Source: Candidatus Anstonellaceae archaeon
GTDB taxonomy: Archaea; Micrarchaeota; Micrarchaeia; Anstonellales; Anstonellaceae
Length of the DNA: 64,000 bases
Reading direction: 5' to 3'
NCBI GenBank assembly: GCA_038887295.1
Contig: JAWAKW010000001.1
Location: 11,967 to 75,966 of the forward strand
Below, piece by piece: positions 26,850 to 36,661 of this stretch (positions are counted from its first letter, which is position 1; each line of letters starts with the position of its first letter). A model generated the notes under the pieces. It did not search any database. It worked only from the letters and a program-made list of their open reading frames with translations, and had not been told where the DNA came from. The translations under genes and the position numbers were made by a program.

Positions 26850-28391
26850 TCACACATAATCAGAGCAGGATGGCTGCCAACCCCCACAGATGAATTGCCC
26901 ACTTTTTTTGTTGTTAGTGTAGTCAATTTCGTATTGAGCTTTATTGTAGTTTGCTTCCACTTCTACACTAACGATGCTTTCTTGGTTGCAGCTGCAATAT
27001 ACTTGCTGAATTTCAGTCTCGCCTACATTAAGAGGCCGAAGTGAAAGTGCGGATTGCGTGCAATTTTGAACTGCAGTATAAGTTACATTGGTTGCATTGC
27101 GGTTGCCTATATTGGTTATATAGATTTCAAGCATGGTTTGCCCTCTGTGCGGAACGAGAGATGGATTAAATACCAACTTGGTGACGTTGTAGTCCGGCCC
27201 GATTGGCTGGCCTGGCCCAACCAACACAGTAAGTGCTTCTATTTCAGTTAGGTTGCACTGCGGCCGAGCCCCAGAACAGTCCTGTGTGGTAGGCTGGTAA
27301 GTGATGTTGAGCTTAATTTGCTTTTGCCCTTCAGAAGGAGGCACCTTTATTTTTGCAGAAAATTCCCTTTTTGAAAGCGGTGCAAGATTTACCGAAATGG
27401 GAGAAAATTGGGAAACCTGCGCAAAACCCTGCGCAATTGAGGATGAAGCCAGTGAAATGTTCAATATCCGTATTTCCTTTGAAAGGTTGTTGGTTATGTT
27501 AAGGTAAAACATCACTTCTGAGTTTGCTGCTGGATTGGTTTCATTTAGTGCAGCCTCAAGCGGAAGCTTGGAGCATGAGAATGGATTTTCGATTTGGACT
27601 GTAATTTCGTTGCTTTCGAAGGTGCGTGGCATCCCGGCACAGCGGCCGTAGAACCAAACTGCGTCAGGAGAATTTTGGCAATAATTTGGGCGGGATGCAT
27701 ATGTATATGTTCTGCCAGTTGCAACGCAACCTTCCACTATGAAATAAGCTTTAAACTTGAGATTTTGGAGGCCTGAAGGCATCGGCAGAGAGAAATTGGC
27801 TTGACCAAAAGTGGTGGCAGAAGGGAGAGAATATTCTTTTTCTTCCATATAAGAATATCCAGGAGTAGTGGAAACTAGGCGCAGCTTGCCTTTGCAATAT
27901 ATGCCGATATCTGAGTTGAATGTGCCATCAAAAATCCCACCACCTGGCTTCAAGTACCGCGAGCCCGCAGATGAAGGGCTGTAAGGGATGCTATTTGTAG
28001 TAATGAAATTAGAAAACGCTTCAAAATTTGCGGCATAAGTGTTACTGCCTTTTTCGTAATCAATCAATGAAAACTTTTGGCTATTTAGCCAATGGATAGG
28101 ACTGTTTGAAGGGACTTTTGAATTTGATTGCAAACAGTCAGAACCTGTTACGTGGCTGACTAACACTGAGCCAAGAAAATCCCACGAATGTGAAGGCCTT
28201 ACAGTTATGTTTGCTGGGGAGCCTGCACAGACTGCATTTGCTGGGCCTTGCACTGCTATTGATGTAGATATTGATGCATTTATCTCTGAGCCGTTTTTCG
28301 GATCATGCACTGGATTGTAGACAAATCTACAGCTGAAGCTGAAAAGAAAGGAGAACAGGAGCGCTAAAGCAAAGACTGTCTTAAAGTTCAT
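26850..28391 (-). CDS. Secreted protein rich in N-glycosylation sequons
   Basis: The N-terminal signal peptide is MNFKTVFALALLFSFLFSFSC. There are more than 12 N-x-S/T sequons and a Cys pair near the C-terminus. It lies 4 nt downstream of the 1013-aa gene. Confidence 0.55.
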   Translation of the reverse strand: MNFKTVFALALLFSFLFSFSCRFVYNPVHDPKNGSEINASISTSIAVQGPANAVCAGSPANITVRPSHSWDFLGSVLVSHVTGSDCLQSNSKVPSNSPIHWLNSQKFSLIDYEKGSNTYAANFEAFSNFITTNSIPYSPSSAGSRYLKPGGGIFDGTFNSDIGIYCKGKLRLVSTTPGYSYMEEKEYSLPSATTFGQANFSLPMPSGLQNLKFKAYFIVEGCVATGRTYTYASRPNYCQNSPDAVWFYGRCAGMPRTFESNEITVQIENPFSCSKLPLEAALNETNPAANSEVMFYLNITNNLSKEIRILNISLASSSIAQGFAQVSQFSPISVNLAPLSKREFSAKIKVPPSEGQKQIKLNITYQPTTQDCSGARPQCNLTEIEALTVLVGPGQPIGPDYNVTKLVFNPSLVPHRGQTMLEIYITNIGNRNATNVTYTAVQNCTQSALSLRPLNVGETEIQQVYCSCNQESIVSVEVEANYNKAQYEIDYTNNKKSGQFICGGWQPSCSDYV

Positions 28392-28395
28392 GGAA

Positions 28396-31300
28396 TCATC
28401 TGTTAATAGGTATTTTAGCTTCGACTTGGATGGAATTCTTGCTCACACGGAGCTGGAAAAAATAATTGTCGGAGAAGACACCAAAAAGGACAACGACGCT
28501 ATCGTTTTTTGTATTTAAGTCAGAGTTATTGCTTTTTATTTGCATCACCAATTTTGCGAATGCAGTTACATCACGAAGAAGCTTTCCAGAAACTCCTGCG
28601 CCCATATCCAAAATCGAATTTTTGTCTATATGGAAGTTGATTGGGACTTGCTCAACTTCTATAAATGAGCTCCCTGCAAACTGACGAGTAAAGCCTAGGC
28701 CCATATTAAGATTGATCCAATCAGTAAGACTGAGCCCCGTGTCTGTGCGTGCAAAAACAAAGAATTGATCTATAGGTCGCAAATTAGAAGTGTAGACGCC
28801 AGTGTGCCCTACTCCGACATTGGTTCTAAGGCTGAAACCTTTTGTTTGGAGAGTATAAGCCAGGTAGAAACCTTCGTTTGAAGAAAGAAATCTTGTTGGG
28901 TTCTCGTTGGATAGGACGATCTTGTTTGTTGCTAAATTGACATATACATGGAGTGATAGGTTTTGGTGTGAAGCTGGGTCTTGTTTTTGAAAGAGATTAA
29001 GGAATTCTGCGTCGGCAGAAACGACAAAGGATGGGTGTTTCAATAAGTCAAAAAGGACGACTGCTGCTGCCAAGGCGCCCTGTATTGTATTTCGGTATGT
29101 TTCAAATGCTGTTTTTAGAGGGCTGCCCTCTACCATAAGATTTGCTATTTGTTCAAAGCTATTATTGTCAATTAAATTGAGAAGCTGCTCTTTTGTGGTT
29201 CCGGCCTTGAGTTGGCCTTTCATCTGATCGAATGAGACATCTACCCAGTTGCGTAAAGATTGCTTTAAACCATCTGTGAACTGTCGCACCTCTTTCTCAT
29301 TACGTAGGGTTATGCCTTCGTATGTGCCTTTCTCTTCATTAAGTCTGCCTCCAAAATTGGAAACAAGATTTTGAATCTCACTATTAAGCCTTTCATAATT
29401 AGGAAGTGAGGGAGCAAACAACGGGATTGTAATTGGGATTTCTTGCCTTACATTAGGCATGACATGAAAAATTGAGTCTGGTGGGAGGTCAGTTAGTTTG
29501 GAAGGCTTCTGTTCTTCTTTTTTCTCTTCATTCGTATGATGGTAAACCACCTTACCTGAGCTGAGGTCGCCAATATTGTATTCGGCTATGAAACATATTT
29601 TTTTGATAGCCTCATATTTATATACTGGTGGGATAGAGTAGGTTGCATAAAAATACCCATCTTCTCCTTTTTCTGTTTTAAGTTCTCTTCCATTCTCTGT
29701 TAGCCCATCGAAAACACTTACTTTAAGTGAGCCTAATGTTGGTGTCTTTTCATTGTGCAAGACCGAAAGTTTAAGCTTATACGTTTTTCCTGGCTCAACC
29801 TTCTCTACACGCTGGCCTGCTTCATCATAAAAATCTACTATTTGAATTGAAAGTGTTTGTCCAGCGCCAATTGCAAACCCCAACATTCTATTTGACATGT
29901 TGGTTGGCGGCAGGCCATATTCTTTTAGCTTCTCTCCCCAGAAACCATCTTTGCTGGAAAGTGCAATCGCATTATCAAAATAGCTACCTTCGCCATTTTC
30001 CATCCATCGCAGTCCCCCTCTTCTGAGGCTTAGCAATTCATTTAGATAGGAGTTGTTTATTATTTCAACATCAAGAAGGTCTCCGCGTTCGTTCACATGA
30101 AACTTAATTGCCTCCTTCAGCTTTTCATAAGCATAAGTTGCGCTGTTTTTGTCTTTTTTGAGTGCATTAATTTCCTGCTGTGATTTTCCTTTTTGTTCTT
30201 TCATCGCGTCATAATAAACCACACCGAACACTCTTAGCCTATTTTCCCTCACACGCTCGTCTGAATATTGATTTTGAAGAAATGCCCTAAGCTCTGGTGA
30301 GGTGTCTTTTTCCGTTAGCCATTGGTTGCGGACGTTTTCAGGAATTTCCTGAAGAAGGTTGAGGTCCAACACTATTCGGCGCGCGATACCTAGATGCTGC
30401 TTAATGAGGCTATCGAACTTATCAGCATAATCTTTTGCTACTTTGAGGTTTTTTTCAAGCTCCTTTTTTACTTCTTCCCAAGAAATTTGGCCTGAGTATA
30501 TTTTCTCTACTGTTGCAGAAGAATAAATGACTATATTATTCTCTTCTAAATATTTTATGAGATCGTCTTTATGTATAGATATGAAACGTTCTGTGCTGCC
30601 ATAACCATCAGTTTCAAGTTTGAGCTGTTTCGCACAAAGAAGAATTGCATCGTAAAATGCTTTTATTGCAATCTGTTTGCTTTCCGTGCTGTGTTCGTAG
30701 TGTGTTGCGTGCTGCCTGTGGGCTGCAAGGTTAACTGCACCACTGATTTCCGTAATACTGAAAAGTATATTATCTGTCCTATTAAGCAACTCCTCATCGG
30801 AAAATTGTTGCGGGTAAAGAGATATTATAGAGGACCCTAAGTTTATTCTTGTTTGTTGATGTTGGAATGTTTGTGAATCTCGCCTTTGGATTGGTTGTTT
30901 TGACTCTTCGACACTAGATTGTGGGCTTGAGATATTGACTGCCCACTCTCCGTTTTGCTCTTCTAATTGAACCTTCATTGGCACGATATCTTGGAGAGCT
31001 TCAAGAATTTGTATAAAACTCGTCGCATAAGCCTTAGATTTGAATAGTATTGTAGGTGAGGTTTGATTTTTGTGTTTGAAGTCTGTCAGTATCTGTGAAA
31101 CCGCTTGTGCTCCAGAATGTGAAATCTTGACATTACTATTTGATATCAACTCAATGATTTTGAAATATACATCATAAAAAGTAATCCAATATTTATCTTT
31201 CGCAAAGGTAGAAAATGGGGGAGAACCTGAGAATTGGAGAACTTTTTCGCAAAATGCAATTGCTTGTTGATGCTTTGCATCTTTTGCTTCTTCGTATAAT

Positions 31301-31437
31301 TTTCTGACTCCGGTAAATAAATCAGAATCAACGGACTTTTTATCAAAAACTTGCTTTTCGAGCCTTTCTAAGTTTTTTGTAATGTTTGTTTCTTCTTTTG
31401 CTTTATCTTGTGGTTGAGTAAACATAAAGTTTCCCAT
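28396..31437 (-). CDS. Large hypothetical protein (1013 aa) with a helical/coiled N-terminal region and a beta-rich C-terminal domain
   Basis: A single uninterrupted ORF shows no N-terminal signal peptide. The C-terminal roughly 200 aa show alternating hydrophobic patterning (e.g. GLSLTDWINLNMGLGF, VVVLFGVFSDNYFFQLRVS). No family was recognised. Confidence 0.55.
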   Translation of the reverse strand: MGNFMFTQPQDKAKEETNITKNLERLEKQVFDKKSVDSDLFTGVRKLYEEAKDAKHQQAIAFCEKVLQFSGSPPFSTFAKDKYWITFYDVYFKIIELISNSNVKISHSGAQAVSQILTDFKHKNQTSPTILFKSKAYATSFIQILEALQDIVPMKVQLEEQNGEWAVNISSPQSSVEESKQPIQRRDSQTFQHQQTRINLGSSIISLYPQQFSDEELLNRTDNILFSITEISGAVNLAAHRQHATHYEHSTESKQIAIKAFYDAILLCAKQLKLETDGYGSTERFISIHKDDLIKYLEENNIVIYSSATVEKIYSGQISWEEVKKELEKNLKVAKDYADKFDSLIKQHLGIARRIVLDLNLLQEIPENVRNQWLTEKDTSPELRAFLQNQYSDERVRENRLRVFGVVYYDAMKEQKGKSQQEINALKKDKNSATYAYEKLKEAIKFHVNERGDLLDVEIINNSYLNELLSLRRGGLRWMENGEGSYFDNAIALSSKDGFWGEKLKEYGLPPTNMSNRMLGFAIGAGQTLSIQIVDFYDEAGQRVEKVEPGKTYKLKLSVLHNEKTPTLGSLKVSVFDGLTENGRELKTEKGEDGYFYATYSIPPVYKYEAIKKICFIAEYNIGDLSSGKVVYHHTNEEKKEEQKPSKLTDLPPDSIFHVMPNVRQEIPITIPLFAPSLPNYERLNSEIQNLVSNFGGRLNEEKGTYEGITLRNEKEVRQFTDGLKQSLRNWVDVSFDQMKGQLKAGTTKEQLLNLIDNNSFEQIANLMVEGSPLKTAFETYRNTIQGALAAAVVLFDLLKHPSFVVSADAEFLNLFQKQDPASHQNLSLHVYVNLATNKIVLSNENPTRFLSSNEGFYLAYTLQTKGFSLRTNVGVGHTGVYTSNLRPIDQFFVFARTDTGLSLTDWINLNMGLGFTRQFAGSSFIEVEQVPINFHIDKNSILDMGAGVSGKLLRDVTAFAKLVMQIKSNNSDLNTKNDSVVVLFGVFSDNYFFQLRVSKNSIQVEAKIPINR

Positions 31438-31481
31438 CCGACGCCACCTAAGAATTGTTTTGAATTTTGGGGTTTAAAAGC

Positions 31482-32672
31482 TTAATTAAGGATTTTTAAT
31501 CCGGGAAGCTCCCTGCCTGAAAGGTACTCTATGAGGGCTTTGCCTGCAAGCGAGATATACCCTAGCTTTTTCTTGCTGATTTTGAATTTTTCAATAGCAG
31601 ATATCGTATGCCCTCCTCCAAGGACAGAAAAAGCCTTTGAGTAAGCCACTGCTTTAAGAATTGCTTTAGTACCTTTGGAGAAAGCTTTCTTCTCGTAAAT
31701 GCCAACAGGACCATTTAACACTAGAGTCTTTGCTTTCTTTATGTAAGAGGAGTACTGCTTTGCAGTCTTTTTTCCAAGGTCAGAAATCAAGAACTCAGAT
31801 GGCAGCTTAGATACCAAAAGCTCCTTTCTTTTGCCCTCTGCATCAACTGCAAAGTCAGATGGGAGGATGAGTTTGCGCTTATATTTGGAAAGAAGTTGCT
31901 TTGCAGTAGGAAGATATTCTAGCGCCTTTGATTCCTTAAGGAAATCGGTAGTTTTTCCAAGCTCTATGCCGGATGCTAAGATGAACAGTTCGCCAACTAC
32001 TCCACCAAGCAGAGCATAATCCAGCTTCCCTTTTCTTAGCCATTCTTCTATGATTTCAATGGAATCTTCTACCTTTGCACCACCAAAAACAAAAACTGCT
32101 GGCCTTTTTGGCTTTGCTAGCTTGCTTAAGGCTTCAAGCTCCTGCTGCATCACTCGCCCTGCAACAGTGGGCTTGTCACAAAAGCCAACTACAGATGCAT
32201 GCGGTCTGTGCGCCACTGAAAATGCATCCAGCACGAAAACGTCGCAAAAAGGCGAAAGCTCTTTGACTATTGTTGCATTCTTGTTTTCCTCAATTGTCTT
32301 AAACTGTGTTTCATCATCTAAGAACCGGACATTTTCAAGAAGAAGAATTTCTCCTTCAGTAAGATTCTGGATTGCTTCTTTTGCTTTCTGACCACACACA
32401 TCATCCACAAACTTGACTGGCTTTTTGCACGCTGCGCCCAAAAGCAGTGCATGCTGAGAAAGTGAAATGAAGTCTGAGTCTCCTTTTCTGCCTTGATGGG
32501 CAAGCACCACCACACGCGCGCCCAAATCAGAAAGCTCTCTGATGGTTTTTGCATTGGCTGCTATGCGCGGGGAGGGCTCCACTTTTTTTGTTTTTTCATC
32601 TACGGGGCAGTTCAAATCAACACGGACGAACGCTATCTTTCCTTTAAAATCAAAATTGTCAATTGTCTTCAT
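31482..32672 (-). CDS. pgk: Phosphoglycerate kinase
   Basis: The N-terminal KIAFVRVDLNCPVDE and the GGGH..I motif match archaeal PGK. The ORF-track N-terminal extension was trimmed to MKTIDNF; a cat codon at 32670-32672 was verified. Confidence 0.9.
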   Translation of the reverse strand: MKTIDNFDFKGKIAFVRVDLNCPVDEKTKKVEPSPRIAANAKTIRELSDLGARVVVLAHQGRKGDSDFISLSQHALLLGAACKKPVKFVDDVCGQKAKEAIQNLTEGEILLLENVRFLDDETQFKTIEENKNATIVKELSPFCDVFVLDAFSVAHRPHASVVGFCDKPTVAGRVMQQELEALSKLAKPKRPAVFVFGGAKVEDSIEIIEEWLRKGKLDYALLGGVVGELFILASGIELGKTTDFLKESKALEYLPTAKQLLSKYKRKLILPSDFAVDAEGKRKELLVSKLPSEFLISDLGKKTAKQYSSYIKKAKTLVLNGPVGIYEKKAFSKGTKAILKAVAYSKAFSVLGGGHTISAIEKFKISKKKLGYISLAGKALIEYLSGRELPGLKILN

Positions 32673-32732
32673 AAAATCCACCGGTTTGCTTTTGCTGGCA
32701 AAGATTAAAACTTTTGGCAGGACAAAAATAAT

Positions 32733-33518
32733 GTGGAGGGTGAAAATCGGCTTTATACCATACTTGCGCTTGCAGGGGGATTTTTGGCTCTTGCTGCGGC
32801 ATTTTTCTTCGGCTCTGCGGCTGCTTCTGCATTTGCTGCCGCCTGCTTTGTGGTGGCAGTTGCACTGTGGAAATATGGCTATTTGATAATTCCAGCTTTG
32901 ACAAAAAGGGCGAAAATTGTGGAGGCAGGAAGGAACTTTGAAATTCCGCCTTCCCAAGATGTGGTTGTGGGGAAGACTGGCTGGGACTTTGTAGCAACTG
33001 CATTCCTTGCAGTGAAGTTTTACGAATCTGCAAGCGAAAAGGATGAGAAGGGCAAGCAGGCTATTGCTGAGATGTTTGAAAGAGCAGTTTCAACTGTGGG
33101 CTTCCCGTTCAAGCTTTCCTGCATTGTTTGCCCTCTTGACTTGAAAAATGAAGTTGATGAGGCAAGGACTCGCCGAAGCTTGGCTGAAAGCAAGCTTGAA
33201 AGGCTTCCGAAAAAGCAAAGCGCAGAACGCGCCAGACTGAAGCGCGAAATTGCAATGTGGGACAGGCAGATACAAAGGCTTTCCTCTGGCCGCATGCCAC
33301 TTGAGGTGCTGTTTTGCCTTTCCACCACTGCATCTGGGACAACGAAAGAGGAGGCAATTGCAAGGGCAAATGCACAGGCCGAGGAACTTTCTGTTGTGGT
33401 GGGCAGTGCGCTTTCCTGCGAAGTAGTAAGGCTGAAAGGCGAGGAGATGAAAAAGTGCTTCTGTTGGGATTTCTTCGGCCCTTCAGACAGGGAGAAACTT
33501 GCAGATGAAATATTTTAG
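32733..33518 (+). CDS. Hypothetical membrane-anchored coiled-coil protein
   Basis: Two N-terminal TM helices are followed by a charged helical region. No motif was recognised. Confidence 0.45.
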   Translation: MEGENRLYTILALAGGFLALAAAFFFGSAAASAFAAACFVVAVALWKYGYLIIPALTKRAKIVEAGRNFEIPPSQDVVVGKTGWDFVATAFLAVKFYESASEKDEKGKQAIAEMFERAVSTVGFPFKLSCIVCPLDLKNEVDEARTRRSLAESKLERLPKKQSAERARLKREIAMWDRQIQRLSSGRMPLEVLFCLSTTASGTTKEEAIARANAQAEELSVVVGSALSCEVVRLKGEEMKKCFCWDFFGPSDREKLADEIF

Positions 33519-34060
33519 GTGGCTACTGCGTGGAATTTGCACAAATCTGAATCCAATGTGTTTGGCTCAAACTCGTTACACAAAGACAGGTTCCGTGTCT
33601 TTTTTGCAATGTTTGAGATGCAGATTTGCCTGACCGACCATTCTTCTACTTCTTTGCATTTTTTCATGTCCGACTGGGTAATTGCAAGCTCGCTTATGCA
33701 GTTGTCCTTTTGTACACCTATCAGCCCCTCACAGGGCTTTTTTGCTGCAGGCCGCTCTTCCACCCTCACTTCAGGCTCAGCTGGCTTGCTTTCCTGAGAC
33801 ACAAATATGGTTTCTTTCTCAGAAGGTAGCGCTTTGCTTAAAGCTGCCTTTGCAGAGGGCTCTATTGCATCTTTCAGGCAAACCTTGCGCTGCTCCAAAT
33901 CAGAAATGTGGTAGCAAAGGTTCGGGTTCTGTTCGGAAACCGCCTCAATGTATATGCAGTTTGAGAATTTGTCTTTGGAAAGATTTTGACAGTTGCTTGG
34001 AATAGGGGAGGCAATGCATCCATAAAGCAAAATAAGCAAAAGCGCAGGGAGGTATCTCAT
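33515..34060 (-). CDS. Secreted Cys-repeat protein with a lipoprotein-like signal peptide
   Basis: The signal peptide is MRYLPALLLILLYGC. A roughly 18-20-aa repeat with one Cys each, (D/N)xCxxx(L/I) or NLSLC, occurs about 8 times. Confidence 0.5.
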   Translation of the reverse strand: MRYLPALLLILLYGCIASPIPSNCQNLSKDKFSNCIYIEAVSEQNPNLCYHISDLEQRKVCLKDAIEPSAKAALSKALPSEKETIFVSQESKPAEPEVRVEERPAAKKPCEGLIGVQKDNCISELAITQSDMKKCKEVEEWSVRQICISNIAKKTRNLSLCNEFEPNTLDSDLCKFHAVAT

Positions 34061-34087
34061 GATTCTCTTTTGCCGTAATAGTTTAAA

Positions 34088-34597
34088 TTGATTTGGAGCC
34101 AAAGGGAGAACATGATAAGCGAGCTTTTCTATCCAAGGCAAGTGCTTCTTGTGACTGCTGCCACAAGTGAAAAGGCAAATGTGACTGCTGTAGAGTGGCT
34201 TACCCCGATTTCAGAAAAGCCGCCGCTGATTGCTCTTTCGCTTGCCAACACCTCGCTTACTTTGGAGCTACTTTGCACCTCGCTTGAGTTTGTGGTGGCA
34301 GTCCCGACTGAAAAGCTGAAGGAGCAAGTGCTACTGTGCGGCATGACTTCAGGGAAGTTCATAGACAAGTTTGCCGAAACCAAGCTTGCTACCCTCAAAG
34401 CAAAGAAAGTGTCTGCGCCACTTATTGCAGATGCAGCTGCAAATGTGGAATGTAAGGTTTTGTCCTACCACACCCATGGGGACCATACGCTGGTGGTTGG
34501 GGAGGTGCTGGAGATTCATCTCCCAAAGGAGTCGCAGGCTGAGCCTTTGCTGTTCAACAGAGGGGGGAGACAGCTGTTTGGGATGCCAAGCGATTAG
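34088..34597 (+). CDS. Flavin reductase-like FMN-binding split-barrel protein
   Basis: The sequence YPRQVLLVTAA...NVTAVEWLTPIS...PPLIALSL is typical of the flavin reductase domain family. Confidence 0.7.
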   Translation: MIWSQRENMISELFYPRQVLLVTAATSEKANVTAVEWLTPISEKPPLIALSLANTSLTLELLCTSLEFVVAVPTEKLKEQVLLCGMTSGKFIDKFAETKLATLKAKKVSAPLIADAAANVECKVLSYHTHGDHTLVVGEVLEIHLPKESQAEPLLFNRGGRQLFGMPSD

Positions 34598-35829
34598 CTG
34601 TAATGGCTGCACTCAAACCAATCATAGCGCCGTGATACACTTCCATAGGGGTAGCAGCAAGGGATTTCATCGCATGCGTAAGGGAAATCAATAGGATAGA
34701 CATAGTCTTGCTTTTGCGTGGGATTGGTGCAGGCTACATCAGAAAATTCAGTGTAATGCACCCTGTAGAGGGCTGCATTTATCCGCTGGCAGAAAACCGA
34801 AGGGGGGAACCCTTGGCTGGATTCGTATTTTGAATATGCTGAAGTTGCTGCTTGGGTTGCGTTCTTTTGCGCTTGCTGCGAAGCATTTGTCGGAGTTGCT
34901 TGCCGAGTTTGGTTGGCTGTGGCGGTGCGGTTGGTTGCATTTGGCGGAGGCTGGGTAATTACAATTGGCTTCTTAAGGGTTGCGTTTTGCTTGGTTGCGT
35001 TCTTCTTTTCCAGCTCAAGCTTGGTCAAATTTATGTGGGTTTCTGGCTGGGGCTGGATGGCCTTTTGCCCTCCTTGCTGGGTTAGGATATAGGCAGCTGA
35101 AAGAAGTATAAAGATTGCAAAAAGGACAAAAGGAAGCATGCTCTTTTTTGACTGCACTGAAGAGGAAATTGCTGCTGCAAGGTTTGAAAATGCGGGGTTT
35201 TTTGCAAATTCTTCCAGCCCGGGTTTTTGCGGAGAAGGTGGCTGCTTTGCTGGCGAAGGTGGTGAAGCAGGCTGAGAAGAAAGCGAAACTGTAATGGTTG
35301 GCGAGCTCGCAGTCCAAGAAGGGATAGAATAAAACTGCGTAACTTGAAATGGTTGAGTGAATGTTTGCTGCTGGGCGGCCTGCTGCAAAGTTGGCTGCTG
35401 CGTCGGTGCCTGCTCCTTTGTTTGCGGCTGCTGGGGCTGCTTTGGTGCCTCCTGCTGCGGCTTTTTGAAGATGGAAAACAAATCAAACGGCTTTGCTTGC
35501 TGAGTTTGCGGCTGGGCTTGAGGCTGTGGCTGCTGGGCTGGTGCAGAAGGCTGAGCTGGTGCCTGCTGCGTGGGCTGGGTTTGCTGGCTTGACTGAAACG
35601 TGGAGGTGGGTTGAGACGGTTGGGCTGGCGCAGTTGATTGAGCGGCCTGCTGCAAGGCAACCTGGGTAAGATAATTGGGATCATCTAGTCTTCTGAAAAC
35701 TGATTCAATCTTCTCTTTTTTCCATCCTACAGAAAGCAGAGCACGCATTATTTGGTCCTTTGTCCTGCCCCGCTCGCGCGAACGGAGGATATAGTTAATC
35801 AGTTCCTCGTCGCCCATTATACCACGCAA
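34594..35829 (-). CDS. Membrane protein with a cytosolic N-terminal helical domain, Pro/Gln-rich linker, one TM helix, sequon-rich ectodomain and Cys-rich C-terminus
   Basis: A roughly 130-aa PQ low-complexity tract is followed by a TM helix at LPFVLFAIFILLSAAYIL. At least eight N-x-T sequons follow (NATKQNATL, NATNRTATANQT), and the tail is Cys-rich (CDEIPCCYPYG). Confidence 0.5.
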   Translation of the reverse strand: MRGIMGDEELINYILRSRERGRTKDQIMRALLSVGWKKEKIESVFRRLDDPNYLTQVALQQAAQSTAPAQPSQPTSTFQSSQQTQPTQQAPAQPSAPAQQPQPQAQPQTQQAKPFDLFSIFKKPQQEAPKQPQQPQTKEQAPTQQPTLQQAAQQQTFTQPFQVTQFYSIPSWTASSPTITVSLSSQPASPPSPAKQPPSPQKPGLEEFAKNPAFSNLAAAISSSVQSKKSMLPFVLFAIFILLSAAYILTQQGGQKAIQPQPETHINLTKLELEKKNATKQNATLKKPIVITQPPPNATNRTATANQTRQATPTNASQQAQKNATQAATSAYSKYESSQGFPPSVFCQRINAALYRVHYTEFSDVACTNPTQKQDYVYPIDFPYACDEIPCCYPYGSVSRRYDWFECSHYS

Positions 35830-35875
35830 AAAAAACGCATGGCTTGCTTATAAACATATTTTTGCTTATCTTTGC

Positions 35876-36661
35876 ATGAAGCCTCTTGTGGTAATTTCAG
35901 TAGACAACCCAGCAAGCGTCAATATTAGGGATGCTTTGCTTTCCATTGAGGATTTTGAGCAAAAAGAGAGCGGCTTTTGGAATGGGGAATTTTTAGATAT
36001 TGCGCAATACAGCGGAAACATTGTTGAGATAGTGCCTCGGCATCCGGCGCCGTATTACATTTATGCCAGCACGCACAAAAGTGCCTCGGGCAAAAAATGC
36101 CTTACTGTACATACACCTGGAAATTGGGGCAGCGCAGAGCTTGGTGGCAAGCCAGAAACCCTAAATATCGCCCTTCCGCTTCAGCTTAAGGCTGCTGCGC
36201 TTGAGATGGAAAGGCTGTCCTCTTCAATGCTTGGATGGCCGGTTTTTGCAGAAGTGGACCACCACGGTCCGACCATAGATGCGCCATTAATGTTTGTAGA
36301 GATAGGAAGCGCGCAGGATGCTTGGGAGGATAAAGTTGCAGGGCAAGTGGTGGCAGAAGCAATACTTGCTGCTGCAAGAACCACCGGTCAATGGCCTGCT
36401 TACATTGGTTTTGGCGGGACGCACTACACTCCAAAATTCACCCCGAAAATCCTAAAGGAAGAGATTGCGCTTGGGCATATGATTTCGGGCTATGCGCTTG
36501 AAAGCTTCGGGCTGGATGAAGGTCGACTAAGGCAAGCCTTTGCAAAAAATGCCTGCCAAATCCAAGGCGCACTAATTGACTGGAAAGGACTGAGCAGCAA
36601 AATACGCAATGAGTTGATTGACAAACTTGAGCATATGGGGATAAGCTGGAAAAGGTGCTGA
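35876..36661 (+). CDS. dtdA: D-aminoacyl-tRNA deacylase, archaeal type (DtdA/DTD2)
   Basis: Strong block similarity to archaeal DtdA: HTPGNWG, DHHGPT, FVEIGSAQDAW, GFGGTHYTP and DWKG. Confidence 0.85.
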   Translation: MKPLVVISVDNPASVNIRDALLSIEDFEQKESGFWNGEFLDIAQYSGNIVEIVPRHPAPYYIYASTHKSASGKKCLTVHTPGNWGSAELGGKPETLNIALPLQLKAAALEMERLSSSMLGWPVFAEVDHHGPTIDAPLMFVEIGSAQDAWEDKVAGQVVAEAILAAARTTGQWPAYIGFGGTHYTPKFTPKILKEEIALGHMISGYALESFGLDEGRLRQAFAKNACQIQGALIDWKGLSSKIRNELIDKLEHMGISWKRC

